Positions 21,201-33,313 of a stretch of 64,000 nucleotides of DNA are shown piece after piece. The notes under the pieces were generated by a model. The model saw nothing but the letters and a program-made list of their open reading frames with translations, did no database searches and was not told the DNA's origin. Each line of letters begins with the position of its first letter. Position 1 is the first letter of the stretch. The stretch comes from Amphiscolops sp. MND2022 (lineage: Eukaryota), in NCBI GenBank assembly GCA_964187785.1, contig OZ076409.1, positions 23,996,001 to 24,060,000 of the forward strand. Reading direction: 5' to 3'. The translations under genes and the position numbers were made by a program.

Positions 21201-22472
21201 CAGTATGTGGCGTTGACATTAGTCATGTGTATGTTGTTGTAAGGACCAAACGTTTAGCATATGTCATAGCAAAGTTTAGGCAACATTAAGTCGATAGATT
21301 AGTTGTTATGTGCAATAGCATAGAATGGTTTCGCATAAATACAAAAATTGGCTGTAGTACCTGTTCTTTAGCGAGTACATTCTCATCTCCCCCGAAAGGG
21401 AGATGGAATGTACTCAACTGCTTTGTGCTCTCGGATGAATAATACAATATCAAAACTAATATAAAGGGGTCCAATGGTCTTAAATAGTGTTGCTGCAGTC
21501 TCTAGCTGGAAGTAAACCGCTTTGGAATGGATTGAACGTATTCCGATGAGTTTTGGATGAGACTTAGCTTCGATTTTCAATTTTTGAAATTTTTTCTCAC
21601 ATAGCAAGCTCACACTAAAATTGTCATAAGTCAACGTCAGGTTAAGCTACAGAGTTTTATAATAGCTCATTTTCCTCGTCTATTCAAGCACTTTCCACAT
21701 GCATTCACTTGCAATCCTAGTTGTGTGGAAGTTCCTTGACTTTGGGAGGCCTGAAGTTGACTTTACACATTTTGCGTTTTCAAAAAAATTTTTCTAAGTC
21801 CCACAACTTTTCGCCCGAGAATGCTAGAACGCTGAAACTTCGTATTTAGGGCCAAATGGTTTTGCTGGGAGGTAATCCGGCCAGGGGAGGCCTTTAGGAG
21901 GGGTCCTGGAAAAAAATCTTGGCTAAAAACGGCAGAGATAGACTAGGTTTTCGAAAATTTTCGAAAAATTGCGGTAAAATTCCGGCTATTACTCAGTCAA
22001 TTTTGATCCGATCTGAACGAAAATTTGTCTACGGACAGCTCTTGAAGTGCCCAACAAATCGTCAGCAAGGTAATTTTTGCGCTGGACCCACCAGTTTCGA
22101 GTATTTGTCTTTGAAAATTTTTTTTTCGAAATAATTGAATTTTTTTGACATTAAAAACGCAACTTTGACCCAATTTTTGATTTTTGACAGCAAAACGCCA
22201 GTAGGGTTTAGTTCTTAGAACTGTTGTAGGAAGCCGTATGCAAAATTTCAGCCAAATCCAACGGCTAGTTTAGAAGTTGACCATATCCCGCACCCTCTCC
22301 GGATAGACTATTTTTGGTCATATAGGCTCGCAGCAGGACCCGTCTCCCGCGCTCGCAAATTAGGTGGGGAGATCGCCCCGACCACCTAGAGAATGTAGGG
22401 GCGCCCTGTTGTGACAACGGGCATACGTCGTCGAAGGGCATGCCTCGGCATGCCCACGGACGGTGGGCGTTG
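12226..22472. repeat. Array of six conserved ~47-bp hairpin motifs (CGTCGTCGAA-RGGCATGCCTCGGCATGCCY-ACRGACGGTGGGCGTTG)
   Basis: Copies begin at ~12230, 13612, 15006, 18078, 21150 and 22426; spacings are 1382, 1394, 3072, 3072 and 1276 bp. Confidence 0.95.
14963..21105. repeat. ~3.07-kb tandem duplication (14963-18034 / 18035-21105)
   Basis: Collinear sequence at an offset of ~3,072 bp. Short ORFs in the track repeat at the same offset (15486/18555, 16961/20033, 17355/20426). Confidence 0.93.
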
Positions 22473-23796
22473 ATGCGAGTATGTGGCGTTGACGTTACAG
22501 ATGTGTCGTTGAGCTGCTGGTGGTGTGTAAGGTGGTTAGTACGGACGGAATGTTTGGAGTGAAAGAGAAAGAAACCAGTGTAAATATTAGTGGGCTTGCG
22601 CGAAAGCCTAGAAAACGTCGCATAAAGGTAAAAATTAGGCCATGGTGCGTGTCATTTAGCGGGTACATTCTCATCTCCCCCGAAAGGGAGATGGAATGTA
22701 CCCAACTGTTTTGTGCTCTCGGATGAATAATACAATGTCAAAACTAGTAAAATTGTGTCAAATGGTCTTGAATAGTGTTGCTGCACTATATAGCTGGAAT
22801 TAATCCGCTTTGGGATGGATTGAACGTATTTCGATGAGTTTTGGATGAGACTTAGCTTTGATTTTCAATTTTGAATTTTTCTCTCACATAGCAAGCTCAC
22901 ACTCAAAATGTCATAAGTCAACGTCAAGTTAAGCTACAGAGTCGTTCTATAGCTCATTTTTCTCGTCTATCCGAGTACTTTCCACAGGCATTCACTTGCA
23001 ATACTAGTTGTGTGGAAGTTTCTCACCTTTGGGAGGCCTGAAGTTGAAAAATAAATTGAATGGCAGAGACAGTAGGGGGGGTATAGGTATAACTTTTTAC
23101 CAACTTTTCCAATTTCAACAACCAGCACCTCTATACAACGCTCCGCACACGGGCAACAAAAAAGCACCCCACACACGTTGCGCTAAACCCACTCCTTCAC
23201 ATTGAAAATGGCGAAAAACCTGCCTTCAGGGGCAACATATACCTCCCGGATGTTTGTTTGAAACGTTAATTTCTCAAAAGTGGTTGAAGGTACTGGGATC
23301 AAAACCCATCTATCCTACCCGCTCACCAAAGCTCTTGCTTAATGTGGTCCACGACCGTACCCCTAAATCCAAAGGTTCAAAAGTTGTGATCATATTTTTA
23401 CACCTCATGTGATTTTGCCCATGTTGGGGGGGAACACTATTTTGGCCAAAAGTCAACATACAATATTTACCCGAACAAGTCGCCTCCTACACTTCTTATT
23501 TTTTCCCCAATTGGGAGCCTCATGCCAAATTTCAGGCAATTCTGATGGGCCAATTTCGAGATCTCTGAAAAAAATACCACTTTTTGGGTATGGGGGCCCC
23601 ACACTACACACGCCGGCAAACGGGTCCCTCCCCGGCCGGCAACGACAAAAGATTCGACAAGATACGCAAGAAACCATGGTCGTGGCCACCCAGGCAAGGT
23701 TTCAGAAATGTGGATGACTGATGTTCATGATTTCCCGACCATTTTTTGATGAATATCTCTCAAATATGATGAGCTTGAAGTATGAGTTGTGTTCAG

Positions 23797-25033
23797 GTCG
23801 ATTTACGTGGGCAACGTGGACTACAGTTCAACTGCAGAAGAGTTGGAGCAGCACTTCAACGGGTGCGGGGCCATCAACCGCGTCACCATTCTGTGCGACA
23901 GGTACACTGGCCAACCCAAGGGCTTCGCCTACATAGAGTTCAGCGAGAAAGACTCGGTCGAAACAGCACAGGCTCTCAACGACTCCCTCTTCAAGGCAGT
24001 GCATTGCACGCAATGTATGAATCGTCGTTTGCTATTCTCCGGTCGTCTATCTAAAATTTAAGCTTTTAGTATGAAAAAAGCCGGGAACCGCATAAGTCGG
24101 CGCCATATCTAAGTCTCAAAAATAGCAAAAGGATTTCAAAGTGTCAAGGATTCTCTTCTACAGTACCAGAGAAACTCAAAAGATGGACCGAACTGGCGCG
24201 GTAAAAGGGGGACCCTTCCAGATTTTTGTAACATCCATTCTGTTGCAAAATATCAAAGTGAGGGGACCTTTTGGAGACATTGAAAAATTTTCGAGAAAAC
24301 GCCGAAAAAGTGTGACAATGCTGAAAAAATTGAAAGGACCTCGTTCGGCATTGTATGTTACGCTGAAAAAAAGGAACAACCTCTATAATTCAGTTCCCTG
24401 GGCCAAATGGTCCAATTTGACTCCTTAAAATTTCGTAGAACTTTGTAGATTTTTATTGGTCAGTTCATGTGGTTTGAAAAAAGTCACTCGTATAGTCGTG
24501 TTTCACTTCATGAAGCGCCGACTAACAAGAAAATTGAAGCCACTGTTTGTCTCATTTGAAATACATCAAGTTTTAAAAAGTTAATCTGAAACGCGGAGTT
24601 CTGTTTTTTTTTGCGCAAAACAAATGTTACGTATCAATTAGGAAATATATCAGGAAGCTATTTTTTGAAATTTTGAAACTACTAACCAAAATTTTCATGA
24701 ATTGGTTTTGTTCTGTTGTGCACAGCTTCGAATCTGTGTAGTGAATTATTTAATTCATCAATTTGATAGTAGTTTCTAGTTATTTGAATTAATGTGACAT
24801 TATAATACAGATTGAAATAGCAATGTACTGCTTCCTTGAAGGGAAGGGCAATAAAAGTGATCGCTAAGCGCTTCAACGTGCCTGGGGTGACCAACTCCAA
24901 CCGAGGCTACAGAGGCAGAGGCCGCGGTATGTACCGGGGAGGCGGCTACAGAGGAGGCTTCGGGGGGTATCGCCCCGTGTACCGCGGACGAGGAGGGTTT
25001 CGACCCCGCAGAAACTGGTACTCGCCCTATTAA
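23797..25033 (+). CDS. PABPN1: Nuclear poly(A)-binding protein 2 / PABPN1, last two exons (23797-23995, 24842-25033); upstream exons not in window
   Basis: RRM (R)SIYVGNVDY...[16 protein letters not shown]...[22 protein letters not shown] and an RG-rich tail ending WYSPY, characteristic of PABPN1. Confidence 0.93.
24077..24524 (-). mobile_element. Non-autonomous Helentron-associated element (HINE/DINE-like family)
   Basis: Ends read AAGCCGGGAAC..AAGTCGGCGCC and GCGCCGACTAA on the + strand (subterminal IR AGTCGGCGC/GCGCCGACT plus terminal hairpins). The family recurs across the window. Strand follows the DINE-1 convention. Confidence 0.75.
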
Positions 25034-27060
25034 TTACAAACTGGAGCAATATGTTCTTCCTATTTTGTTTTTGGTTTTAATTGTTGCAAACAGTTAAGTG
25101 TCGTATCGTATTATAATACCTTCTTTCGCCTGATTTATTTTATCACTGGGTTTATGCGCTTTCGCATTTTTTCTAGGGCTACAATTGTTTTTTGATATGT
25201 CTTGAAAAATGACTTTTCACCATTTGATAACCCTGGCTGCGTCTTGTTTTTGATGACGATGTCTTGATGTCGAATCCGAGTCTCTCGATAAATTTAACAT
25301 CAAATGTCAACTCTTCTAAGATTCTCAAATTGAACTAAAGGAATTAAGCGCCTACTTTTTCGTTGGAAATAGTTCAGTTCTGAGTACTCACCCAGACCTG
25401 AATTGATAAAACTTGGATATGATTGTATGCTTGAACCAGTGGCTTGACCTCTAAGCGTAATTCAGCTATCGCTACCGTTAATGATCAAAAGCGGCAGCTA
25501 GCTGTAACTGAATATCAAAATGGACAGCTAAATTTCCATTTATCTTTTTCGTCTGAAAATTTTCTGATGGTTTGGAAGAAAATGAAGCGTTCGCAGTTCA
25601 GTTTTTTGCCCGATTTCTTTGCCGTACTTCCAAGATTTTTCTTCTTACTTACCTAGTACTTTTAATCAGAATAGAAATGATAAACGTTGACTGTTGTTTC
25701 AAAAACAGGTTACCTTTATCAGCTGCAGACGTTGTCTTGGAGAAATGTTTCGAAAAGTTTCCGGATTCGACATGACACGTTCTCGTCTATTTGTAGTAGC
25801 TGGCATTCAGTTTCTAATTGCAACATTCTTGCATGACGTCACGTGAGAACATCTCTTGTTACTGATACTGGCCAGACTACAAATTAGATGACAGTGTCTG
25901 ACTGACATCAATCTTTCTTGAAAAAAAAATATTTTAGATGAATGTTTTATATGCACAAAGTAAATTGAACACATTTGATTTAGTCTTCCAAGATTGAAAA
26001 AATACTGAGAAAAAACACTGAAGAAAAAAAACGAAACTGAAAAGAAAAGGTCAAAAGACACAAAACTTTCAAAAGACAAGAAGAAACAGAAAAGCCAAAG
26101 TAAAGTTAATTGAAAATTTTCTCTAGTGATTTGTTTTTTATCCGAGTTAGCAGAAAGATTTCATAATATTTTCAATGAAAGCGAGTTGAAATGAGTCCAG
26201 CAGTAGAGAATTTCGTATTGCAAGTGTTTTTCCCATTGTAACGCACGCCTTATATTCCGCAATATGCCAAATTAGGATGTCTAACCATTGGCGGTGGGAG
26301 GGGGGTAGTTCCTTCACTTTCCTTAATTCACAAATTTTGCCCACACTTAAACCATTGTCGACAACTTTAGCGACATTTGAGTTTCTGGAACTATAGACGA
26401 TAGAAAATCAGTGGAGAAGAGCTCATGGAATAACTCAGTTCATTCTCTCTCAATGCTCCATGCTTTTGATAATGATAGAATATAACGCCTGACAGTGATG
26501 TCCACTTGAATGAAAATTCATTATTTTACCAAAAACTCAGTAATTTTTGACCAATTCGCACCATTTTTTTTCACGCTTAAAGTATCCGATTACGCCCATG
26601 GTAGAGTGATTTAAAAATCGAAAAGGTGAAGAAACATGGAGAATAAGTAGATGATACTTCTTGAGGAAATTCCGATATTGAAGTCACCTAATTTATGCCT
26701 TGGGATCATTTTTGTCATGGATTTTTGTCATGAAGTATTCTAAAGGCATCGCTTGCTTGAACATTTAATCACATGGCGCGCACATGAATACCCGCCCACA
26801 GAATTTGTACGTCATATTTAATCGACGTTTCAACATTCAGTTATGAAAAAGCTTTTTGCAAAAACATCTAAATTTTACCGCTCGACATATGGGATGTTTA
26901 TCGTAAGTGAATTCAAAATATCAGTGGGTTTGCTGAAGTTTAATGAAACCTGAATGATGGATTTATATCCGCGTGTATAAATTATTAAAATGCCAGAAGG
27001 CACCCTCTTATATATACCTTCAACTTATTAGCTTGACAATTTTATAACTCTAATAATTAA

Positions 27061-27296
27061 AACTAGCCTAGAACGGCCCAAGTCGGCGCCATATCTAAGG
27101 CTCAAAATAGCAAAAGGACTTCAGAGTGTCTCAAGTATTATCCTCTACAGGACCCGAAAAGCCCAAGTTGGACCGAATTGGCGCGCCCTTTCATCCATTC
27201 TGTTGCAAAATATCAAAAAAATTAAAAGGGGATCCTTCGCAGGCATCAAAAAGTTTTCCAAAAAAGTCTCACAAAGCCGAAACAAGGTAGAAAAGT
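27061..27296 (-). mobile_element. Truncated HINE-like copy
   Basis: GAACGGCCCAAGTCGGCGCCATATCTAAGGCTC end is present; the other end is missing. Confidence 0.65.
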
Positions 27297-27399
27297 GTAC
27301 CCGGGGGTTACGCTTTACACGGTTTCAGTATCACTTGTTGAATAAAAATTTTTCGAAAATCCAAAAAAAAGTCATAACCTCTATATTGCGTACTTGCCC

Positions 27400-28700
27400 C
27401 GAACCCGTAGCAATACCAAAAAAAACTTTCCACATGTCAATTCATTATTCAGAATTAAAGAATTCCATTATACTGCTTTGTGAAACAGACTCAGTAGCGT
27501 TAAGAGCAATTGTTTCAACAAGTTTCTCTGAGATCAAGCTGGTTTTCTTGATTTGTCCCCTGGAAGTATAATCGCAATGTTTCGCTTGCTTTAAAGGCTT
27601 TTCTGGTAGGGACAATGGCTATGATTTCCTTCAGTTCTTGTTCTTCTATGTTCATTTCATTAGAATGACTTGATTTCACAACAAATGTCGCTTCATCATC
27701 ATCTTCACGGTTACTCTCAACGGAAATCATGGGTTCTGACGTTGGCTCCAAGTCGTCGTCATATGAATCCTGAACATCAATTTCAATTACTTCTTCATTA
27801 AGAGGTTCTGTGACATCCATAGCGAATCCAGCTTTCTTGAACAGTTAACAATGGTTGAACTCGAAACATTTTCCCACGATTTTTCAATTAGTGACACAGC
27901 ATCAAGTACAGTAAGAGTAATGGACTCTACATCACAATTTAGCGCCTGTATTTGCCTTCGCTGAACACCAGTTTTATAGTTTTGTTTCAGTGCGCTAATA
28001 ACTCCCATGTCCATTGACTGGCATTTAGCAACACCATTTGGTGGGAAAAAGTTGATTCCAATAAAGTTGTTAAGTTTGCGCGGAACAGTTATCAACAAAC
28101 AACAGAACTTTTTTTCTGACAAAAATTTCTCATTAAGTTTTTGAAGAATTTTATCAAATGTACCTGCATCCATCCATGCCTTGGTATTTTGATTATAGTA
28201 ATCGTTGGGCTACGCAAACCAGTCTTCAACAATACCTGAATCTACCTCTCCTCTTTGGCCATGTATTTTTTTTGAAATGGTTGTTTTATCGATTTCTGAA
28301 TTTCCTCAAATATCCAAAAATCTTTTCTTGAAGAGCCGACTGAAAACTGGATAAGACCAAAAAGTCCCTATGCGTTTTTGGAAATAGACAAGTTTTCGAG
28401 AAAATTCTCAACAAAAGGCATCGTTTCATTTTTCAGTTTGGAAAGCCTGTTTTCGGCACTGAGTTTTTCAGATTTTTTAAAAAAATTCCCGGGCTCATTC
28501 AAAAAGTTCGAACTACAGCGGCGTCGATGTGGGTTGCCGTGTTGTCTGTTTATACTAACTGCTTTGGAATTCGTATCGCTAGGGACCGAATGAAACATTA
28601 CGAATAAGGAGAAATTCGAATTAACCGCATGATATTATTTATCTCTTGGTTTCAGATATATCCCATTTAAACGAAGATCAGAATTGACCGGAGTTTACTG
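27400..28700 (-). pseudogene. Degraded Tigger/pogo (DDE_1) DNA transposon
   Basis: AWMD..F....LN, FFPPN...CQSMDMGVISALK.NY and LDAV..I..SW..VS..TIVNC are DDE_1 motifs, with frameshifts. One TIR-like end reads TA|CAGTAAACTCCGGTCAATTC at 28681-28700 (minus). Confidence 0.8.
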
Positions 28701-29335
28701 TAATTTTCAACAGTACTTTGCAAGTTGCAATACTCAAAAATCTTCAAAACTACTATTTCTTAATTCCCAAGAATTTTTTCTGGAAATTTGCCAAGGAAAT
28801 ATTTGAAGGCACATGTTTCCATCATTAATATGGACCGTCAATTTTTTAAAATTCAGTTTTGAGTTTTTTGTGGCCTGGTATCTCGGACTGCTTAGAAATG
28901 GTTATTTTCAAAATAAAATGGACAGTTTCTGGAATGGAGGCCAACATTAAATTTTCTGTCGCTAGCTGGGATATCATTAAAACACTGGAAGCCTACTTCT
29001 CTGTTAGAAGTAGCATTCTTCCAGAATTTCTTTGAATAAACAAATGAACTTCGATTGCATAAAGAAGTGTTATTTCAACACTTCGGTAATACTTGATCGA
29101 ATGGGTGATGAAAGTTTTTGAAAGATACTGTAGACTGCCGGAGTATTATACATGTTATACGTATTTACATTGAGTTTTGAAAATTATCAAAAGCCGTTTT
29201 CGACGAGTTTTGATAGGAACCGTTTTGACCATTTCAGATGAGAATGGTTTCTGGGTTTGTTACTAAACTTGTGACGTGAACTCGGCATTAGCTGCAATGG
29301 AAACTGAAATCTTGCCGTAAATCGCTCACAGAACC

Positions 29336-31440
29336 ATGGCCCCGCCGGAGTCTCCTGGTTCAAATGCTAGCAAGAGTAGAAACAAGTCTAAAGGCGGCAT
29401 GAACAACGATAAGACACCTAAGAGATCCGTTCCCACAAGTCTGAAAGTGTCGAACCTGCTGAAGAAGCACTGCAAACAGGTGAAAACAGACGCGTATTCG
29501 GGAATCTCATCTAAAGATGTGCACGTGATCAACGGAGTTGGTCTAATTGCAGCCAAGTGCAATCAGTACCTGGTCGTACAGTCTTCGCTCTCGCCCAATC
29601 TGAGCGACATCTTGAAAAACGATTTAGTATTGCCCTATCTCATACAATATTTACAAGTTAGCAAGTCTTTTGTGCTTCTTCTGAATACCACTTTGTTGGT
29701 GTTTTGTGGGCGAATTCTTTGTCTATTGCTCTGATTTAGATTCTCTGTACTCATGATTGAGAATATAGACGTTCAATCTTTTCAAGACTCGTTCTTGCTT
29801 TTGAAATTTTGTTTTTGATTCGCAGCTGAGGTTTCAAAATCAAAACACAGTTCCAAATTTCAAAATATTCTTCGGAGGTCACATTTTCACATGAAAATTC
29901 GTTGCAGAAAATATATGTGAGTATAAGTTTCTTTCCGTTTCAGGAAAAAGGCAAAGCGCAGTTAGTTTACTTTTGGTTGGCGGCTGAAACATTTCGACTG
30001 GCTGACCAGACACAAACAGGACCCAGTGACGATTCATGTATTTTGACCAGCGACAAAAGTGCTGTAGAAAAATCTGCCACTGCAGTAGTTGACCCCGACC
30101 AGTCGAATCTTGACCGCAAAGATGATGACTTGCTTGACCTCGTGGACAAAGATGAGAATCCTTTCAACAAGGAGGCTGAGCTGTTTGACGAGATCTCTGA
30201 CGAGGAGAACCTGGAGGCGGACTTTGGAAATTTTCAGCTATCTTCCGACCGTAACTCAGTTTCAATGTTGCCTGACTTCCGAGCAAGTATATCATCGGAA
30301 AGTGGCGCCGTTCTCTCTGAGTGCCAAATATCTCGTGCCGAGTTCTTGAAGCAGAATGCTGTCAATATATTCACTAGATACATTTGCAAAGACTCAGCCC
30401 AACCTGTAGACGTGCCAGAAAAGGTCAGGGCCGAGACCCTGGAAAAGATTTGCTGCACTGACGGTGTTGACTCCACGTGCTTTTCAAGTGCACAAACATT
30501 TGTTTATTCTATTCTTCTTAATAGTTACTACGAACGTTTTCTATCCAGCTCTTACTTTGTTAGTTACCAACTTGACCGAGTCACTTGTAGAAACTTGACC
30601 TTAGCCGATGTTCTCTATTCCGATATTACTATTTCTCATTTCATGGAATTCATCGAAGCTGCTTCGTTAACTAACCTCTTTAAATGTTTCTTATCCATTC
30701 AAAACTTCAAGTTAAATTATGAGCCCAAGTCCTCGAGTTCTGACACCTCTATTATTTTCAACCAATTCTTCAACTTGGAGTCTCCTCAGTTTCTAATGTT
30801 TCCTGAAAAGTTGATTAACAACATCGAGCTTTCTCTGGTCAATGCCAAAAAACGCTACCTTGCATCATCTGAAAGCAGTTCAGGTCCTAGTTACATAATC
30901 GTGGGCGCTGACGTGTTTGACATTCCTTTCTTCATTCTGGGCAATGCCCTGAAGTTTGACATTTTCCCGCATTTTTTGAGAAGCCGCTTCTACCGCCAAC
31001 TGAAGCGGGAGCTGGAATTATCCTACTTCACTTTACAAAATCAGAGCGGCGCTGCCTGCAAAGGTGGTCAGAGTGAAAGTTTCTCATCTGAATGTCAGAC
31101 GTTGTTGCAGGATAAGGAAAGATTGGATTACGTCCCTCCGCCCATTCTGAGGGAAATTCCGGGAGAGAGCAAGGAAGATGAACGTGGGGGTGTAACTGCT
31201 TTAGGGCATGTTAATGCCATCGGAGAGTATGTGCCGCAATACGAATCACTTCCTGACAAGAAACCGGAGAGAGTGTCAGTCAAGTCTAAAATTAAGAATT
31301 TACTTTCAAGGAAGGAAAATTCAGAAGTAGAGTATGAAGCATGGGTTACTGCGCATAAAATTGTGAACGATGTCAACAGAGAAACTCTGTACAACGCATC
31401 CGGTGCTGTCAAGAGGTCACAATCTCCGTCCGAAATATGA
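29336..31440 (+). CDS. AKAP10: A-kinase anchor protein 10 (RGS domains + PKA-binding helix); exons 29336-29656 and 29944-31440
   Basis: LSPNLSDILKNDLVLPYLIQYLQ|EKGKAQLVYFWLAAETF, a second RGS (LADVLYSDITISHFMEF) and C-terminal EAWVTAHKIVNDV match AKAP10. The intron is GT-AG, phase 0. Confidence 0.88.
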
Positions 31441-33313
31441 ACAGAACTTAACCTTAGCCGATGTTCTCAATTCCGATATTACTGTTTCTCATTTCAGGAG
31501 GATATAAAAAACTCGAATCAATCGTCACATTACAGTCATGGCCATCTTGTCACAATTCGTGCAATAGACTGCGAGAATTTTGTTTCAAAAACTTCTCATT
31601 CAAACTCATTTCTGTAATTTTGTTATCTACGTTCCCGAACGTAAAAATGAATCACTGATATTTCAGTTGTGCTTGGAGTACTGAAAGCAATTTGATCTGA
31701 GCTGAATATTCATCTAAAAATGAAAAATAGTTCGCAAATTTTCATCGGTAAAACGATTTTTTGAAGTTAACTGAAATTCCGCTCCAAATTACAAATACTT
31801 TCACATCTTAATGAATAAATCTCCATTTGTCTATATTAATTTGTGCATTGAAATCAATTCTCATTTAATGTGTATATTTTGAAGTATATATACTGACACC
31901 GCAGAAATTCGCTGCCACATTTCATGCGGAAATTCTTCACGCCATTTTACGCTAATCTACTAAAAATGTATTTGGAATCGAATGTCAGTTTCGTGAAATG
32001 ATTCCAAGAATGAAAACAATTCTTGAACCAATTTTCTTTCACTGCAATACACGAAAACCGGGTTTTAAACGAAATTTTTTCCAGATAGCGTGTCCCATTT
32101 TTTCGAATTTTTAAAACTGCCTGAGAATTGTTTTTGAGTTTTTTTGCTCGCTAATTTCTGCGGCTAAGGTGTCATACCTTTCAAATGCAGTTATCATTTA
32201 GTTATATGTTGAGGAGCCCTGGTGGCTTCCTTGAATCAAGCAACAAACGCGCAATTGAGTATTAATCTGTAAATAATATTACCAGTAGACTAGTTTCCTG
32301 ATATACAATGAACTTCCCGATAGTTATAATTTTCAATAATCAAATCATCTTCCCTTTTAATTGAAAATAGAAATTTTTATGAAGTGTCTGTGCTTCGTGT
32401 TCTGTTGATAGCCTTCCAGATCCTGACAGGATTTTTTGCCGCCTTCCACGGAGACGCATTTATAATCGGTTGTTTGTTAACAAAAAAGAGCTGAGATTAT
32501 AATGGCTTTTTGTGGGGTTTTTCAATCCACGCAAAGACCAAAATTGTTTGCAAAGACTTATACTTTTTAATATTCCATCGTAATGGAATTTCATTCAAAA
32601 ACTAAAGTATTATCGAGTGAATGCAAAAGGTTCATTGCTATTATCACTTACTAGGAGTATTCAAGTGCAGAGTTTAATTCATTCTCCTTCAGTTAACTAA
32701 CGAAACTCATAGCGCAAAATTTACGAAGTTTTTTTTGTAAAATTAAAATTAGCATTGTTCCGAAAAACTGTGCGCTTGAAATATATACTCCCAGAAATTT
32801 TAAACACAAAAAATTGATATGGAAATCATTTATATACTTTTTGAAATTGATATAGTATTTTTTGCAGAAAAAGGACCCAGGCTGAAGTGATAGTTGAAGA
32901 AAGTTGCGACCAAATCATTTTCTACTTACCGAAATATTACTGAGTCCTATTCTAAATTGGCCTATTTCAAAAAACGCGTTTTTTTATTTTAATGAATTCT
33001 GGTTCCAACATACGAAGTGAACTTACCTCATTCGACGTGAAAATGCTCCAATTATTAATTTCCTTGAAAAAATTGGAAGTCGATGTCCGGGAAATTCTTT
33101 TCAACACAGTAGGAAAAAAACCAAAACAAGCATTTTAGTGGTTGCATTTTTGGGAGCGCGCTCGCAGTCAGATATGACAGCGATTGTTGCAAGTCAATTT
33201 TTGGAGTAATTTGAAAAATTTGAATTTTCAGAAATGTGATGTTTTGTAGTCTCCGCTGCGTGGAGGGTTATTTGCGGGGATTTGGGGTTGTTTATACGTG
33301 CTGTTAAGTGTAA

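Larger units (their letters stand above)
1..23705 (-). mobile_element. Giant Helitron2/Helentron-type rolling-circle transposon (left end outside window; candidate 5' terminus ~23,705)
   Basis: Contains a Rep-helicase ORF, an SGNH ORF, minisatellites and a modular hairpin array. Candidate terminal hairpin GAAACC...GGTTTC lies at 23670-23703, followed by AGAAA; in minus orientation this resembles the hairpin-bearing 5' end of DINE-1/HINE elements. The boundary is inferred. Confidence 0.7.

Noticed and set aside
12226..22472. CRISPR array interpretation of the palindromic repeats
   Set aside because: Spacers are 1.3-3 kb and partly homologous to one another, there are no cas genes, and the context is eukaryotic.
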